From Mayamaea pseudoterrestris (Eukaryota): a DNA stretch of 64,000 bases. Made by a program: the position numbers and the translations under genes. Positions 44,871-57,487 of this stretch are shown here, piece by piece; position 1 is the first letter of the stretch, and each line of letters begins with the position of its first letter. The notes beneath the pieces were generated by a model. It was given only the letters and a program-made list of their open reading frames with translations. It was not told the origin of the DNA and made no database searches. The stretch lies in assembly GCA_027923505.1 (NCBI GenBank), contig BROI01000007.1:62001-126000 (forward strand), written 5' to 3'.

Positions 44871-45506
44871 ATGGGGAAAATGCCAGAAGGTCGACGCTCC
44901 GTAGACTTCCTGGACCAAGCGGCGTTTCAAGTCCTCGAATTCGAAATGTACGACGATGATGAACGCGACATCGTTTGGTATTCTCGTGAAGAATATGACA
45001 TTATCAAGGCCAGGAATTCACTTATCATTAAGATGATGAAAGCAGGAACTTTTGAAGAATCAGAAGAACATTCTTTTCGAGGCTTGGAACACAAGTTGAA
45101 GGAAGGGTTTAAAAAACGACGAAACCACAAGTTTAGTGCGTTAAACGCAGTTTTGGAAGAACAAGACAAGCAGTACAACAAGAGCTCTATCGATCAAGAG
45201 ATTATTGCGAATGCGTACCGAGAAGTTACGATGGCTGCCAGAGAAGCTGCGTTCGAAAATGCTTGTCGCGATGCGGAAGGTTCCTTTTCCTACACTGGTC
45301 AACCCGTTCCGAACACTCTGTTCAACGGTCACATGTCGTTTCAGGAAGAGGAAGAATTGCCTGCCGGTGATGCAAGCGATCTGGACACTGTTTGCAGTGA
45401 GGATACTAGAGGCAGCATGAGAAAGTCGCGCATGGGTCGCTTTCTTGCTAACGTCAAGAAGAACAAGGAAGGCAGAACAAAAATGAGACGACGTGCTAGC
45501 ATGTAA
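44871..45506 (+). CDS. Uncharacterised diatom-type protein (V.F...WYS.EEY...RGLE family)
   Basis: Motifs SVDF, IVWYSREEY, FRGLEH and AVLEEQ, recalled from an expanded family of diatom hypothetical proteins. Confidence 0.7.
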   Translation: MGKMPEGRRSVDFLDQAAFQVLEFEMYDDDERDIVWYSREEYDIIKARNSLIIKMMKAGTFEESEEHSFRGLEHKLKEGFKKRRNHKFSALNAVLEEQDKQYNKSSIDQEIIANAYREVTMAAREAAFENACRDAEGSFSYTGQPVPNTLFNGHMSFQEEEELPAGDASDLDTVCSEDTRGSMRKSRMGRFLANVKKNKEGRTKMRRRASM

Positions 45507-45669
45507 GACGCTATAAACTTAAAAATCATATCGTCTATTTGTTGTAGTGCATTATAACTTGAAAACAGGATTAAATTTTGTGTCGCGAACTCACGGCCCG
45601 CAGACCATGACACACTCTGGTGAGTCTCATCATCCGTCAATCATTGCCTGCCGTGACCTTAGCCACATG

Positions 45670-48123
45670 TTACTGCCTTTTCTTTGACTCGGTAACGTTG
45701 GGCGGCCTTGCCTCGTTCATTCCTTCACTGATACCTTCTACCGGCCGTGAAACATCCACAGGATAGAGCCAGCGTTGGTAGAGGTACACAAAGAAGACAA
45801 TATCGTCACGGAAACAACCGATGCGGGCCAATGTAGGCATCCTGATGATGAACGAAAACAAATCATCGATAAACGTGTTCACAAACTTGTACGCCAAAAC
45901 ACGCCAAGGCAAATGTGCTACAGATTTGAGTCTGTAGTTCAAAAACAGTTGCGGCGTCATGAGGACAAAGCCGAGGGTGTAGACAGCGGATGATGCCGTC
46001 GTTACAATCCAAGAGTACCATCCCGTGTACTTTTGCGTCATGACTGAATATATGGCGTAGGTAAATACAGCCGGAAACAGGGCAGCGCCAAGTGTGCGTG
46101 TGGCCAGCCTGTCTGACTGAATTGTTAGCTCATGCATGTATTCTCTGTCCGGCTTGCTGCTGGAACGATCGCACTTGCGCGACTCCATTTCGTCGAGCCG
46201 TAGCGCTCGAAATTCAAAACCAAACAGACTTGGAATTTTATTCCACCAAGATGTGGAAGATGTCCGTGTCCTGTCCTCTGATATTTTGCTTAATCGAAGG
46301 CCAGATGCTCGCTGACACTTCCACATAGCAATCAGCAAACCAATGCCACTTGGCACGGTGATTAGCAAAGAGCTCTCCCGTTCGATAAGATACAAAAGTA
46401 TCACAGTCTGCCCCATTGCATCCAAAAACAGTGAGCGTACACTCAATCCAGTAAGATCACTGTTGGTATTCCAAAACGAGACTTCGCTTTTAAAAGTCAA
46501 GAACTCAAATAGTAAGTGCAGCGCCGACGCCAACATGGTGATAGTCAGGAGCGTCACTGGTGAAAACGAGCATAATTTGTGAGGTATGGTAACAAAGTTG
46601 GTAACTTTTATGATGTATTGATCAGTTTTACCATTAGTATCAGCAATAAGTCGTCGAACATCATCAATATCAGACTCGTCAAAACCAAGTGCCTTTTGGG
46701 ATTCAATCGCTTGCGACAAGTGCGACAACAATCTCCACCGCGCAGGGCTAATGCCTCCAGCAGTGGCAGATTCAGTATTTAACACGCGTTCAATGTCGCT
46801 TCGATCAAATGAAATGCGGAGTGGTAGGCTGGTGACAGTCTCATTGATCGGAATGTACTTCTCCGAAGTCATCCCAATCTCGTCAACGTAAATGGCGGGG
46901 GTAAACGTCACTCCTGTAGGATGTTGATTGCTAGGACGTAGTTGAACAAGAGGCATGCCTGACAAATGTACCAAATCCATGGGATATTCGACAAGGTCAT
47001 TGATGTATTTAGCCGAAACCAATGGCTTCCAATACGCGTAGCCCATGCCTCGCCGTTTCATTCGTTGCGCCTCCACGTATCTTGCAAACTCGTCAGCTTT
47101 TGCGTATTCCATATCCCAAGGTGGCTGGTCTCTCGTCCTATGCAGTATGTATCGTCTGAAGATATACACCACATCATGATACAACACACGCGAAGGTGGC
47201 TTGACATGATCGGGCAGTTCCCACTTAACAAGCTTTCCACTCCCCAACAGGAGCCCATGAGAGCGAGAAGCAGTCCCAATCTTTTCCCTAGCTTCATCAA
47301 AATTACTAGGCGGCCAATGTCCGACAAGATCGTGTCTTAACAAGACAACATGTGCGTATATTGACGTATTGTGCTGGAGAGCTGACCAAATGGGCGAATG
47401 ACCTTCTAAATGAATAGTTGCTCTATCACGCAGAAGCGCCTGCGTCGATTTCTCTTTGCCGTAAGTCACGTCTTCCTTTGATGCTAAACCCGTACAATGG
47501 AACAGCGATCGCACATGCTTGGCAGCGGATAGGTATAGATTCAATAGCAAGCTCGTACTCTCTATGCCTTGACCTGCACCCGACACGACGGAGAGCACAC
47601 CTGCTTCTTCACCATCCGCAGCTTGTCCTTCCATTTGGTCCAGCCAAGCGATTGCCGCGTTTAGAGACTCATCTTGGCAAACAGATTTATTTTGGCAAGA
47701 TGATGTTGTGAGCAAAAATGATTTTGTAAAGGATGGTGTCGATTCATCCACACGCTCGTCCCAAAGAAGCTCCACGTCTCGCGAGTCTTGCTCCTCTTTG
47801 AACGATTCGTTCAGAAACGCAACATCAAAACTGGATCTAGAACTGAGATATACTCGTAGATGGACAGGTGTTCCCTTACTCCAAAGCGGCTTGACAAACT
47901 GGTCCGAAGCATAGGGCGACAAGTCAAGCGTGGCCAATGGAAACATGAGCCTGTAAAGATTAAACATTGCCATGGCAACGTATACGGCCATGAGCATAGA
48001 CGAGATGCAAGACACAGACAAGTACATCTTGAATGGCGCAGCTTTCGCTAATCCCTGTGTGTTCCGATGGCATTCATTCATTTGCGACGGTGGCGCGGTG
48101 GCGCGGTTGGATGTCGCAAGCAT
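45670..48123 (-). CDS. CLPTM1: CLPTM1-family membrane protein (lipid scramblase-like)
   Basis: Motifs LHLLFEFLTFKSEVSFW, GLSVRSL, GFVLMTPQLFLNYRLKSVAHLPW, NTFIDDLFSFII and FRDDIVFFVYLYQRWLYPVD. Probable 75-nt intron at 46557-46631. Confidence 0.93.
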   Translation of the reverse strand: MLATSNRATAPPSQMNECHRNTQGLAKAAPFKMYLSVSCISSMLMAVYVAMAMFNLYRLMFPLATLDLSPYASDQFVKPLWSKGTPVHLRVYLSSRSSFDVAFLNESFKEEQDSRDVELLWDERVDESTPSFTKSFLLTTSSCQNKSVCQDESLNAAIAWLDQMEGQAADGEEAGVLSVVSGAGQGIESTSLLLNLYLSAAKHVRSLFHCTGLASKEDVTYGKEKSTQALLRDRATIHLEGHSPIWSALQHNTSIYAHVVLLRHDLVGHWPPSNFDEAREKIGTASRSHGLLLGSGKLVKWELPDHVKPPSRVLYHDVVYIFRRYILHRTRDQPPWDMEYAKADEFARYVEAQRMKRRGMGYAYWKPLVSAKYINDLVEYPMDLVHLSGMPLVQLRPSNQHPTGVTFTPAIYVDEIGMTSEKYIPINETVTSLPLRISFDRSDIERVLNTESATAGGISPARWRLLSHLSQAIESQKALGFDESDIDDVRRLIADTNGKTDQYIIKVTNFVTIPHKLCSFSPVTLLTITMLASALHLLFEFLTFKSEVSFWNTNSDLTGLSVRSLFLDAMGQTVILLYLIERESSLLITVPSGIGLLIAMWKCQRASGLRLSKISEDRTRTSSTSWWNKIPSLFGFEFRALRLDEMESRKCDRSSSKPDREYMHELTIQSDRLATRTLGAALFPAVFTYAIYSVMTQKYTGWYSWIVTTASSAVYTLGFVLMTPQLFLNYRLKSVAHLPWRVLAYKFVNTFIDDLFSFIIRMPTLARIGCFRDDIVFFVYLYQRWLYPVDVSRPVEGISEGMNEARPPNVTESKKRQ

Positions 48124-48326
48124 TCGGGAAAATGGAGGAGAACCGGTACGACATGTCAGTGTCTGGCGAGCCGGGCGGCATCAAATTGGTGCGTTGGATG
48201 TTGGATGCTGCCTCATGTTCCAAGTATGCTAGCCATCGTCGTTCTTTGATCATTCTTGGCTACATACTGATAGAAAGTGCCTTGTTAACAGGAGAGCATG
48301 AGAGGTGAAAACACAGAGAATTAATA

Positions 48327-50033
48327 ATGGAGTCGTCAAGACAATACAGAAGCAGTGCCTTTAATAGGGCTCAAATAGAGCGCCGCTTGAAGAGCTCACA
48401 GCCAGTTGGATTCATCACAGTTGCCATCACTCTGGCGGTGCTGCAAACAGTAGTTCTGATATTAAGTGGAACTTTACCAGATATCTCGTCACGGCGAACA
48501 CTAAGACGGCAATGGAACAATGCAGATGCACTCCAGATAGAAGTGACCGCCGCGCGCATGCTCCAGCGTGACACTCAAACCAGTCGTCTAGATGACGATG
48601 CTGCACCCTCTAGTCTGCCAGACAATCAACCCATTGACAACTATTACTCGCGTCGACACCTGGACCTAGTTACAGAAAATATGCCGGTGCTGTTCGTGGG
48701 CGGGAGTGATGGCAGTGGAACAAGGGCGGTCGTCGCTACTCTGATTCAGCTTGGCATTCCAATGCTTGTTGATGACACAAACGGGTACGACGTTCATGGC
48801 TTGACTCTTTTCAATGGCGAAGGATGGCCGCCCTTAGTTAATGCTGTTCTAAATGCCACAAACAGTGCAAATTATGAGTACGATAGTTTGCCTTCGACAA
48901 TCAAATCATTCATAAGGGAGGAAATGAACAAGTTTCGCAACCAAATAGCGCTCCGAGGTGCCGCTAAGCTCCAGTCATTCGTGACGGCAGAGAATACAAC
49001 AACTAACAAGGTTCGATATGGTTTAAAGGCCCCAGTATCAATGCTGCTGCTGCCTGTTTTGCGACATTCATTCGGACCTATCAAATTCATTCACGTGGTT
49101 CGCGACGGCCGAGACGTGTCATTCAGCAGAAATCAAAGTCCGGTGAAAAAGTTTTATAACCAGTTTTATCCCGACTTCCGATCCAAGCGAACGCTTTATG
49201 ACAACAAGCTTTATAATGAAGTCATGGCAATGGAGCTTTGGAACGATTGGAACATGCAAGCACTTGATTGGGAGCGAAACCACAACGATGGCAAGACATT
49301 CGACTACCTCATCATGCGATCCGAGGATATGATCGACCCTCAAACACGATATCAAAGTCTCACACAATTAGCCGACTTCGTCGGATCGCCGAAGACGCCG
49401 CAGGAAGTATGTTGTTTGAGTCGCCAACATGTATCCGATATGGGAGTGTCTGGCAAGCATGGATCAGACCCGTCCGAGCTTCTGGTATCCAATACTATGA
49501 ATGTTGCTGAACAGATACAAGAGATGGATTGGAGAAAGGCCTTCAGACCAATTGATCAGGCGCTTGAGCGACGAAAGCTGGAGCTGCTGAAAATTAAGCA
49601 TGTGGCCCCACATTTGTACGAACAACTGCACAGAATGCAGGAAGCTCAGGATAAGGAAATGAAAATACGACGGCAGCAGCGGCTGTTGCAAAAGTTTGAC
49701 ACGCATCGTCGAGTAGAAGGCATTCTTCTACGCCATGAGATTGATAAACCCAGCGAAGACAGCACTAATGGCGCGCATAGCAAATCAATGGTGACCGCTT
49801 CGCCGGGTGTCATGCATAATCACTCAGAGTTTCAAGAGTCAAAAGAGGTCAAAAACCGATATGGCAGATGGATTGATGATGTGCGTGGCAGAAAAGAATT
49901 AAAGAAATTGCTCCACCGGGTTGGCAAAGACGGATTATCTTTGATTGGGTACGAGCCGAAAGCACTTTTCCTAGACGAGTCCAACGAGGGAGTCTTTCAG
50001 TGCGATCAAACCGTTGTTTGCCCAAAAAATTAA
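48327..50033 (+). CDS. Type II membrane sulfotransferase
   Basis: N-terminal TM helix; FVGGSDGSGTR (5'-PSB loop), GLKAP, KFIHVVRDGRDV (3'-PB) and MRSED. Confidence 0.8.
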   Translation: MESSRQYRSSAFNRAQIERRLKSSQPVGFITVAITLAVLQTVVLILSGTLPDISSRRTLRRQWNNADALQIEVTAARMLQRDTQTSRLDDDAAPSSLPDNQPIDNYYSRRHLDLVTENMPVLFVGGSDGSGTRAVVATLIQLGIPMLVDDTNGYDVHGLTLFNGEGWPPLVNAVLNATNSANYEYDSLPSTIKSFIREEMNKFRNQIALRGAAKLQSFVTAENTTTNKVRYGLKAPVSMLLLPVLRHSFGPIKFIHVVRDGRDVSFSRNQSPVKKFYNQFYPDFRSKRTLYDNKLYNEVMAMELWNDWNMQALDWERNHNDGKTFDYLIMRSEDMIDPQTRYQSLTQLADFVGSPKTPQEVCCLSRQHVSDMGVSGKHGSDPSELLVSNTMNVAEQIQEMDWRKAFRPIDQALERRKLELLKIKHVAPHLYEQLHRMQEAQDKEMKIRRQQRLLQKFDTHRRVEGILLRHEIDKPSEDSTNGAHSKSMVTASPGVMHNHSEFQESKEVKNRYGRWIDDVRGRKELKKLLHRVGKDGLSLIGYEPKALFLDESNEGVFQCDQTVVCPKN

Positions 50034-50080
50034 GCATACTAAATATCATTGCTTGTTGGTTTACACAGTCATGTTTTAAT

Positions 50081-50764
50081 CTAAACACAGATACGGTACG
50101 TCACATATCGGCCAGCTGTCTCGGAGGGCCGAATAATCTTGACAACTTGTCCCCGTCGCATTCCGTAGTAACGAGCAACGGGATCGTTCTGTTGGATGCG
50201 AGGCAACTGACTATCCTTAAGACGATATCTTTTGAGCAGCTCCTGCTTTTCGCTGGGAGTCAATAGCTGATGCTCCGGAACGAGTTGGTGATTCGTAATG
50301 TCTACCAGAAGCTCCGCCTCCTTAAAATGCTCGATCCGAAACGAATCACTCATCTCTTGAACTGCTTGTTTGGCAAAAGCAGTAATGTCTTCTCTGAGGA
50401 CCATAATGGCATTCGAAACATTCTCTGCCCGCATGCGATCTGTATAGACTTTGATGGGCTTGACTCCAACCTTTTCATCCTCCGGAAAAAAGACAAAGAG
50501 ATGATTCTCCGCCTCATCGGCCTTGCCGACGAGAAGAGTCAGAGCTTCCCTGTTCGGGTAATCTCCATAGCTTTCTTTAAAAGATGCCGGTGTTAGTTCA
50601 CGCAATGCTTTGGATACCATGTAACCTCGCTTTTCCAGCATGTTGGCCATGGTGCGGTAGACGCGAAAGAGGCGGGCAGCGTCTGGGTTCAATCCACCCT
50701 TCACTTGAGGAGCAGCCATGGCTTCCAAATCGGAGGCGTGTTGATCCGCAGGTTCAATGTCCAT
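50081..50764 (-). CDS. RPB5: DNA-directed RNA polymerases I/II/III subunit RPABC1
   Basis: ELLVDITNHQLVPEH...QLPRIQQNDPVARYYG...VVKIIRPSETAGRYVTYR. Confidence 0.98.
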   Translation of the reverse strand: MDIEPADQHASDLEAMAAPQVKGGLNPDAARLFRVYRTMANMLEKRGYMVSKALRELTPASFKESYGDYPNREALTLLVGKADEAENHLFVFFPEDEKVGVKPIKVYTDRMRAENVSNAIMVLREDITAFAKQAVQEMSDSFRIEHFKEAELLVDITNHQLVPEHQLLTPSEKQELLKRYRLKDSQLPRIQQNDPVARYYGMRRGQVVKIIRPSETAGRYVTYRICV

Positions 50765-51022
50765 TGTAGTAGTTGCTACTACTATTAAAGTCGATTTTGT
50801 AATGCCAAGGCGAGATGTAAGAGTTTGTACTTGAAAATGAAAATCGGATCTGGTTGTTGTTGATCCTAAAAGTAAACGTCGTAGAGGTACTAAATGAATG
50901 GCGACAAAGGCATGTCGCAGTCACACTTTTCACTTGTGTGATGAGAGTCAGCTCGCTGACTAAAAGACCCGCGCGGCCATTGCACAATGCACCTCGACGG
51001 AAACCTGCCGCCATCGCAAACT

Positions 51023-52321
51023 ATGTCGAAAGATTCGTCAATTTCATCTATAACCCTGCTAAAGGGCCGACCTCCATTCTATGAGTCACTTCATGTATCC
51101 TACATTGAAAAACTTGTAGAGAAAATGGACGTTTCCATGGAGGGAGCCGTGACGGAACATTTGCGCATGAGCGGCGTCTACTGGTCGCTGGCGGCGTTGC
51201 ATATACTTCGAGAACCTTATCAAGTCGATGCGCTAATGGGTTTCACATTTAGCAAAAACGGGAGACAGCCAATTTTGGATTGGGTGTTTGACTGTTTCGA
51301 CACTTCCACTGGCAGCTTCGCCGGAAATTGCGGACAAGATGGTCATCTACTATACACGCTATCGGCCTTACAGATTCTCGCGCTTCACGACAAGCTCAGT
51401 GATCCTAGATTAGATAAGGAAAAGGTTATTCAGTTTATTGGGAATCTGCAACAACCTGACGGATCATTTGCTGGCGATTCCTGGGGTGAGATTGACACTC
51501 GATTCTCCTACTGCGCACTGTCGGCCTTGTCCATTTTAGGCGCATTAAATCGAATTAGTCTTAGCCAAGCAGTAAATTTTGTACTGCAATGTCGGAACTT
51601 AGATGGAGGATTTGGGGCAGTGGTGGGGGCTGAATCTCATGCTGGACAAGGTGAGTCATTATTTGCTGAAGGTATAATTTCTTCTCCTTGATCTCTCGTC
51701 TTACGCGTCAAAATTCGACAGTCTTTTGCTGCGTCGGGGCTCTCGCCATTGCAGGTTCACTCGACAAGCTAAAAACGGATGATATCGATCTATTGGGGTG
51801 GTGGCTTTCGGAGCGTCAAGTTGATTCAGGTGGCCTTAATGGTAGGCCTGAAAAGCAAGCTGATGTGGTAAGTACTGTACTCTAATCCTTGCGCTGTGGC
51901 ACCATATCCTCGCGACGACTTCTCACGTTTCCATTTGCTTTAATAATAGTGTTACTCTTGGTGGATACTTTCTGTCCTTTCCATCATGGGTCAAGTTGAT
52001 TGGATCAGCAGGGATAAGCTCGCTTCATTTATTTTGAAATGCCAGGATGGCGAGGATGGCGGCGTTGCAGACCGACCCGATGATGCGGTGGATGTGTTCC
52101 ATACCTTTTTTGGTGTTGCCGGGTTGAGTCTTTTAGGACATCTTCACGTGAAACAATCTGCATCATCAGCAATATTTCGCCGCGTTGACCCTGTCTACGC
52201 CTTACCGATTGATGTCGTTCGACGCTTAGCGCTGCCGGCAAAAATAGTCGCTCGCGAGAAACAATTGATTGACGAAAGGCTGCATCATTACGATGTATAC
52301 TATTACAACAAACTAAGATAG
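51023..52321 (+). CDS. RABGGTB: Rab geranylgeranyltransferase (type II) beta subunit, 3 exons
   Basis: Motifs [49 protein letters not shown] and DVFHTFFG. Introns at about 51651-51721 and 51868-51949. Confidence 0.95.
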
Positions 52322-52347
52322 CAGAGATATCTAGTAGCCATTGCAAT

Positions 52348-54110
52348 TTATACTATTGTTCCGGCCGTCTGTTGCACCATGTCAATCGCAATAGCCGCTT
52401 GCGGAAGTAGCTGTCCATTGACAATTGCCGTTTGTGCAATGTAGGCCGCAATACCGGCGAAATATCCAAAGGCTGCACCAAGCGAGACGTTGCGGAAGTA
52501 CCACAAGAAGTCAACCTTCTCCAAACCCATCAAGGCGACTCCACTTGCAGACCCGATTACAAGAATGGACCCTCCTGTTCCGGCGCAGAGGGCTATTAAC
52601 TGCCATAGACGATCGTCCGTCCCATATTGGGCGATGTCGTACATTCCCATGGTAGCCGCAACGAGTGGAACATTGTCAATTAGAGCACTGGCAATTCCAA
52701 TGACGGTGGCGATAATGTCAAGACTCGGTAGGTTGTCGCTTAAATAAACCGCAAGCTCCTTCAAGAGCCCCGACTGGTCAAGAACTCCAATGCTCATGAG
52801 AATTCCAAGGAAGAACAAAATGCCCGATGTATCAAGTTTGGCCAAAGCATCTGGGACAGTCACAGCCTGCTCATTCTCACTCTCGAGCTTGAAAATATCG
52901 GTTAAAATCCACACGGCACCAAGCCCAGTGAGCATGGCTAGATACGGTGGCAATCCGGTCAACTCGTTAAATACCGGAACGGCTAGTAGCACGGATATAC
53001 CAGACCAAAATATAATTTGCTGGGAAGCGGTCAATGGCGCAGGGTCCTTAGTAGTTTGAATGGCCGCACTACTGTCATCATCGTTCACCTGGCGGACCAG
53101 AAATGCCAACGATCCGACCAAGCAAACGACTGACGGTAAGAAAAGCTCCGTAATTGTTGGAATCGTACTCAGCTGGTGATTGATCCAAAGCATCGTCGTA
53201 GTAACGTCGCCGATCGGGGTCCAGACCCCTCCAGCGTTGGCAGCGACGACCTAACAAAGAGTGGATAACTCATGAGTTACAATGTAAACTGTTAACATCT
53301 CGCAGATTCCCAATCGCACAGACTCACCACCATGGCCCCAAACAAACGTCTATCAGTGTAGTCAGGAATGAGTTTTCGTAGCAAAGATACCATTACAATG
53401 GTAACCGTCAAGTTGTTGAGGATGGAACTGAGAAAAAATGTTAAAAAGCCAATCGTCCAAAAGAGTTCCTTCTTGCTTGTCGTTTGAATTCGATTGGTAA
53501 CCACTTGAAACCCTTGATACTGGTCGACGACTTCCACAATGGCCGAAGCTGCCAGAAGGAAAAAGCAAATCTCCGAAACGTCGGCGAGCTGATGACTCAA
53601 CTGCTCCAAAACATTTTTCATGGCCTTGCCGGATTCGTTTTGGAAAAAGTCAGCGTACGTAATCCACAAACCCGTGCTCATTAGCAGCGCAACACCAGCC
53701 TTGTTAAACTCTAGCACTTCTTCAAAGATGATCCCTAGATATCCCAACGTAAAGATGCCAATCATTGCAAGGTCAGCATGTTCGTGCATCCATGGTGACT
53801 GCGATCCAAAGGTGGCAAGCGCGCCAATGCTAAGTGCAGCCGTTCCGTACTTGACCGCAGCCGTCTTGGCCCGGTGGTCATCCACCGATGCGGGACCAGT
53901 GGAAAATAAAGAAGTTGATAGATAATGACGTTGTCGTTGAGTCGGTGTAAAAGCATTCAAGAATGGTTTCGTCGAGGTGATGGTGGGGACTGTTGGTGCG
54001 AGACTTCGCGTGAGTGGTCGAGTTGGAGTAAAGGCATGAAGGCCTGAGAACACACTCAAGCACAAGAAGCTTAAAAGCCGGCTGGCACTAAGGTGACTTG
54101 TGTGCCTCAT
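52348..54110 (-). CDS. nhaD: NhaD-type Na+/H+ antiporter, probably plastid-targeted, 2 exons
   Basis: Motifs FNKAGVALL, LSSILNNLT, VAANAGGVWTPIGDVTTTMLW, SALIDNVPLVAA and GTGGSILVIGSASGV; signal ends LHA-FTP. Confidence 0.93.
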
Positions 54111-54456
54111 TATTCGGTTCGGATGCGCCAAGCTTCTAGCCTAACAGTATCCGCTCGTTAATTGTCGATGGACAATGAACGGAGGCCAAAGATGTGAGAT
54201 GGCGCTGGCGACGCAGCGCGAGATGTGAGTCGTACTTCGCAAACCACTCTTCATGCTATAGTACAATTCTGTCGCTACGGTTCTCAGGTCGATGACGTAC
54301 CCAACGATGGCGTCGTCGAAAACGCGACGATCCAATCCTAGGATCTCGTCGTATCATACATGCTCGACGACGAGTCCGTGCAATAAGTATTTCATTTGGG
54401 TCCACATCGTACAGTAATATAAGCTCGGACAAACTCATTGTGCTAGAATCAAAATC

Positions 54457-55971
54457 ATGAAATATTGCAGTTTCACTCTTTTGACCGTTCCTCTGCATCA
54501 TGTAGGCGTCCACGCCTTCTCCTCATCGTCACATCATCATTTTGATGTCCGACAAAGAAGAACCACATCACTGAACATGGCAGCTCAACCGACAAATTCT
54601 GAGATGAAACAAAAACGTGTGGTCGTGACTGGCCTAGGCGTTGTTTCTGGGTGTGGGATAGGTCACGAAGCCTTCTTCCAATCCCTTTTGGATGGCAAAA
54701 GCTCCATCGACAAAGTTACAAGATTCGACATTTCCGCATATCCTTGTCAAATTGGATCTGAAGTGCCAGACGAAATGTTCAATCCAGCAGATTTCTTTGT
54801 GAATCCAAAAAACATCAAGAGCAATGACCGATTTACGCATTTCGCCGTCGCGGCGGCCAGACAAGCCTTGAAAGATGGCAACATGGGCGACACTCCTGAT
54901 ACGCTGTTGAATCCCGATCGCATTGGCGTCATGGTCGGGACGGCCTTTGGAGGCATGGAAACATTTGAACGAGAAACGCTAAAGCTGGCTGCCAAGCCGG
55001 ATAGGCCAAAGGTGAGCGCAATCATTTTTTATGAGCGCTGCATCTGAAATGTGATTAACCTCGTCCTCACTTTGCTACCTTTCAAAACGCGTAAGGTCTC
55101 TCCATTTACCATTCCGGCTCTTCTTCCAAACACTGCATCTGGGGTAATTGGTATTGAGTGCGGTTGCCGTGGGCCTAATTACGGCATTGTGTCGGCCTGC
55201 GCCGCCGGAAGTCACGCCATTGGGGAAGCCATGGGCATGATTCAAAATGGATGTGCCGATGCCATGCTCGCAGGTGGAACGGAAGCAACAATGACTCCTC
55301 TAGCGTTTGCAGGCTTTTGTGCTATGAAGGCTATGAATACAAATTTTAACAACGACCCGAAAGGAGGCTCACGTCCGTTCGATGCGGATCGAAGCGGCTT
55401 TGTAATGGGCGAAGGTGCCGGAGTTGTGCTTCTAGAGAGCCTGGAGTCGGCGTTGAATCGTGGCGCCAAGATTTATTGTGAATTGGTTGGTTTTGGTGCT
55501 ACATGTGACGCGTATCATATAACGTCGCCGGCGCCGGAAGGACGCGGACTGGCAGCTGCCATGGAAATGGCCATGCAAATGAGCGGCATGGACAAGGAGG
55601 ACGTTTCATACTTAAATGCACATGGGACGTCAACGCCATACAATGACAAATTTGAGACTGCAGCCATCAAAACCTGCTTTGGCGAGCATGCAACGAAAAA
55701 AGATGGAAGCTTTGTCGTATCATCAACGAAATGCTGCACGGGCCACACCCTCGGTGCGGCAGGTGGCCTTGAAGCCGTCGTTGCTTGCAAGGCAATCGAA
55801 AATAATGTCGTACCGCCCACTATCAACTACAAGACGCCAGATCCGGAATGCGATTTGGATTATGTACCAAACACAAAGCGCGAAATGGAAGTCAAGGCAG
55901 CAATGAGCACAAGTCTCGGTTTTGGTGGGCACAATGCAGCTATATTATTCAAAAAATACATTCCGGAGTAA
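54457..55971 (+). CDS. fabF: 3-oxoacyl-ACP synthase II (KAS II), probably plastid-targeted, 2 exons
   Basis: Motifs KRVVVTGLG, SACAAGSHAIG, NAHGTST, TGHTLGAAG and SLGFGGHN; signal ends VHA-FSS; intron at about 55012-55095. Confidence 0.95.
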
Positions 55972-56228
55972 AGTACGACGGAAGGTAGTTGTTTCTTAGA
56001 CATCGCAAGCTGTGCCTGCATTGGTAAAGGATAAACACTTACTCGTACTATACCTACCGATCTTAATATGTGTGTACGTCGCCGCAAAGAGGTAGCTGCA
56101 TTGAAAACCAGTAAGACAACGGCCCGCCATGACGGCCAAATCGAAACACAACATGAGCACAACGCCTCGCCGTTCTTGGCTGCACCTTTCAGCATCGGGC
56201 CATTTAACGGTACATACATCTGATTATC

Positions 56229-57355
56229 ATGGCATTGATACGTCCATTTGTGGCTCCACTTCTGCCCGGATTATTCGGCGTTGCTACTTTCCTGCTCAGT
56301 GGATTGCTCCTAATCCAATACCATGTCCACGCAGCGGCTTCCGTCGTGAGTGACAGCAGCGACCAGCATGAGGTACCTTCGAAAGAACGAGTACATGAAG
56401 GCGCAGATGCCTTTAATGCGCTTGACAAGCTTCTGTTTGGCGTTTTGATGTTGATTGCTTTTGAATTGCTTGACTACATAACAAGGCACTCTGGCTGTGA
56501 GTAATGGAATTTGTTTGATTTGTTTCTGGCTATAGTCGGCATCTAAACAACCATCATCTCTTTAGTATGGCTTGGCTCTAAACAAATTCCTGTCCGAGGA
56601 AAGCATTTGGATGACTTGATGCTAGTAGACCGATTCTGTATCGGCATCTCCAAGGCCGCCACCGGACCATTTGTCTACTTTTACTTTCGTTTCGCATACT
56701 TAGAGCCTAACGTACTATGGCGCTTGTCAGAGCTCACCTTTCAAAACACAGCCGTGGCTTTGATCGCTTTATTCATCATTTACGACTTCTTTTACACGAT
56801 CCTTCATTGGGCTTTGCATATCAAGTCTGTGTATGGATTGATTCACAAGCACCACCATCGACAGAAAGCTCCGACGCGAGGAAATGTTGATGCCGTCAAC
56901 GTCCACCCACTCGAATACTTTCTGGGCGAGTACAATCATCTGTTTGCTCTCTTTCTGTGCTGCCGGCTACTGATTCAAGTGCATATTGTTACAGCCTTGA
57001 TGTTTCTGGCCATTGGTGGCATTGTCGCTGGAATCAACCACACTCGCTTTGACATTGTGTTGAGTGTCCGCGGCGTCAACATATACGATTCCAAGGCGCA
57101 CGATGTACATCATCGCATCCCTCAAAGCAACTATGGGCAGTACACGATGCTTTGGGATAAAGTATTTGGAACTTACAGGTATTTGTTGTCGTGATTGTGT
57201 CGTCGGTCAAAGTCATCATGGACATGCGAGATTCTCATAATAAACCTTGTTCGTCGTTACGCAGGCCATACGATCCCAAGGACCGCATTAACCCCGATGC
57301 GCAGCTAGACCCAACGACCGGAAAATCACTGGGGTTCAGTAAAAAGGCTCAGTAG
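56229..57355 (+). CDS. Fatty-acid hydroxylase / sterol desaturase superfamily protein, 3 exons
   Basis: His boxes HWALH, HKHHH and HDVHH; NYGQYTMLWDKVFGT. Confidence 0.9.
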
Positions 57356-57487
57356 CATGGGGAGTCTCATCGTCGTGGCCACTGTACGTCCTGGCCCACA
57401 AATTCTACCGGAGCATAGATAAAATCACGATAAGTAGCGTAAGAACTCTTATTGGTAAGATACTTTAAAAACATTAACACAAAACAG

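Noticed and set aside
54457..57355. fabF next to a fatty-acid hydroxylase/desaturase as a lipid biosynthetic cluster
   Set aside because: Only two genes, probably in different compartments (plastid vs ER); adjacency is expected by chance in a gene-dense genome.
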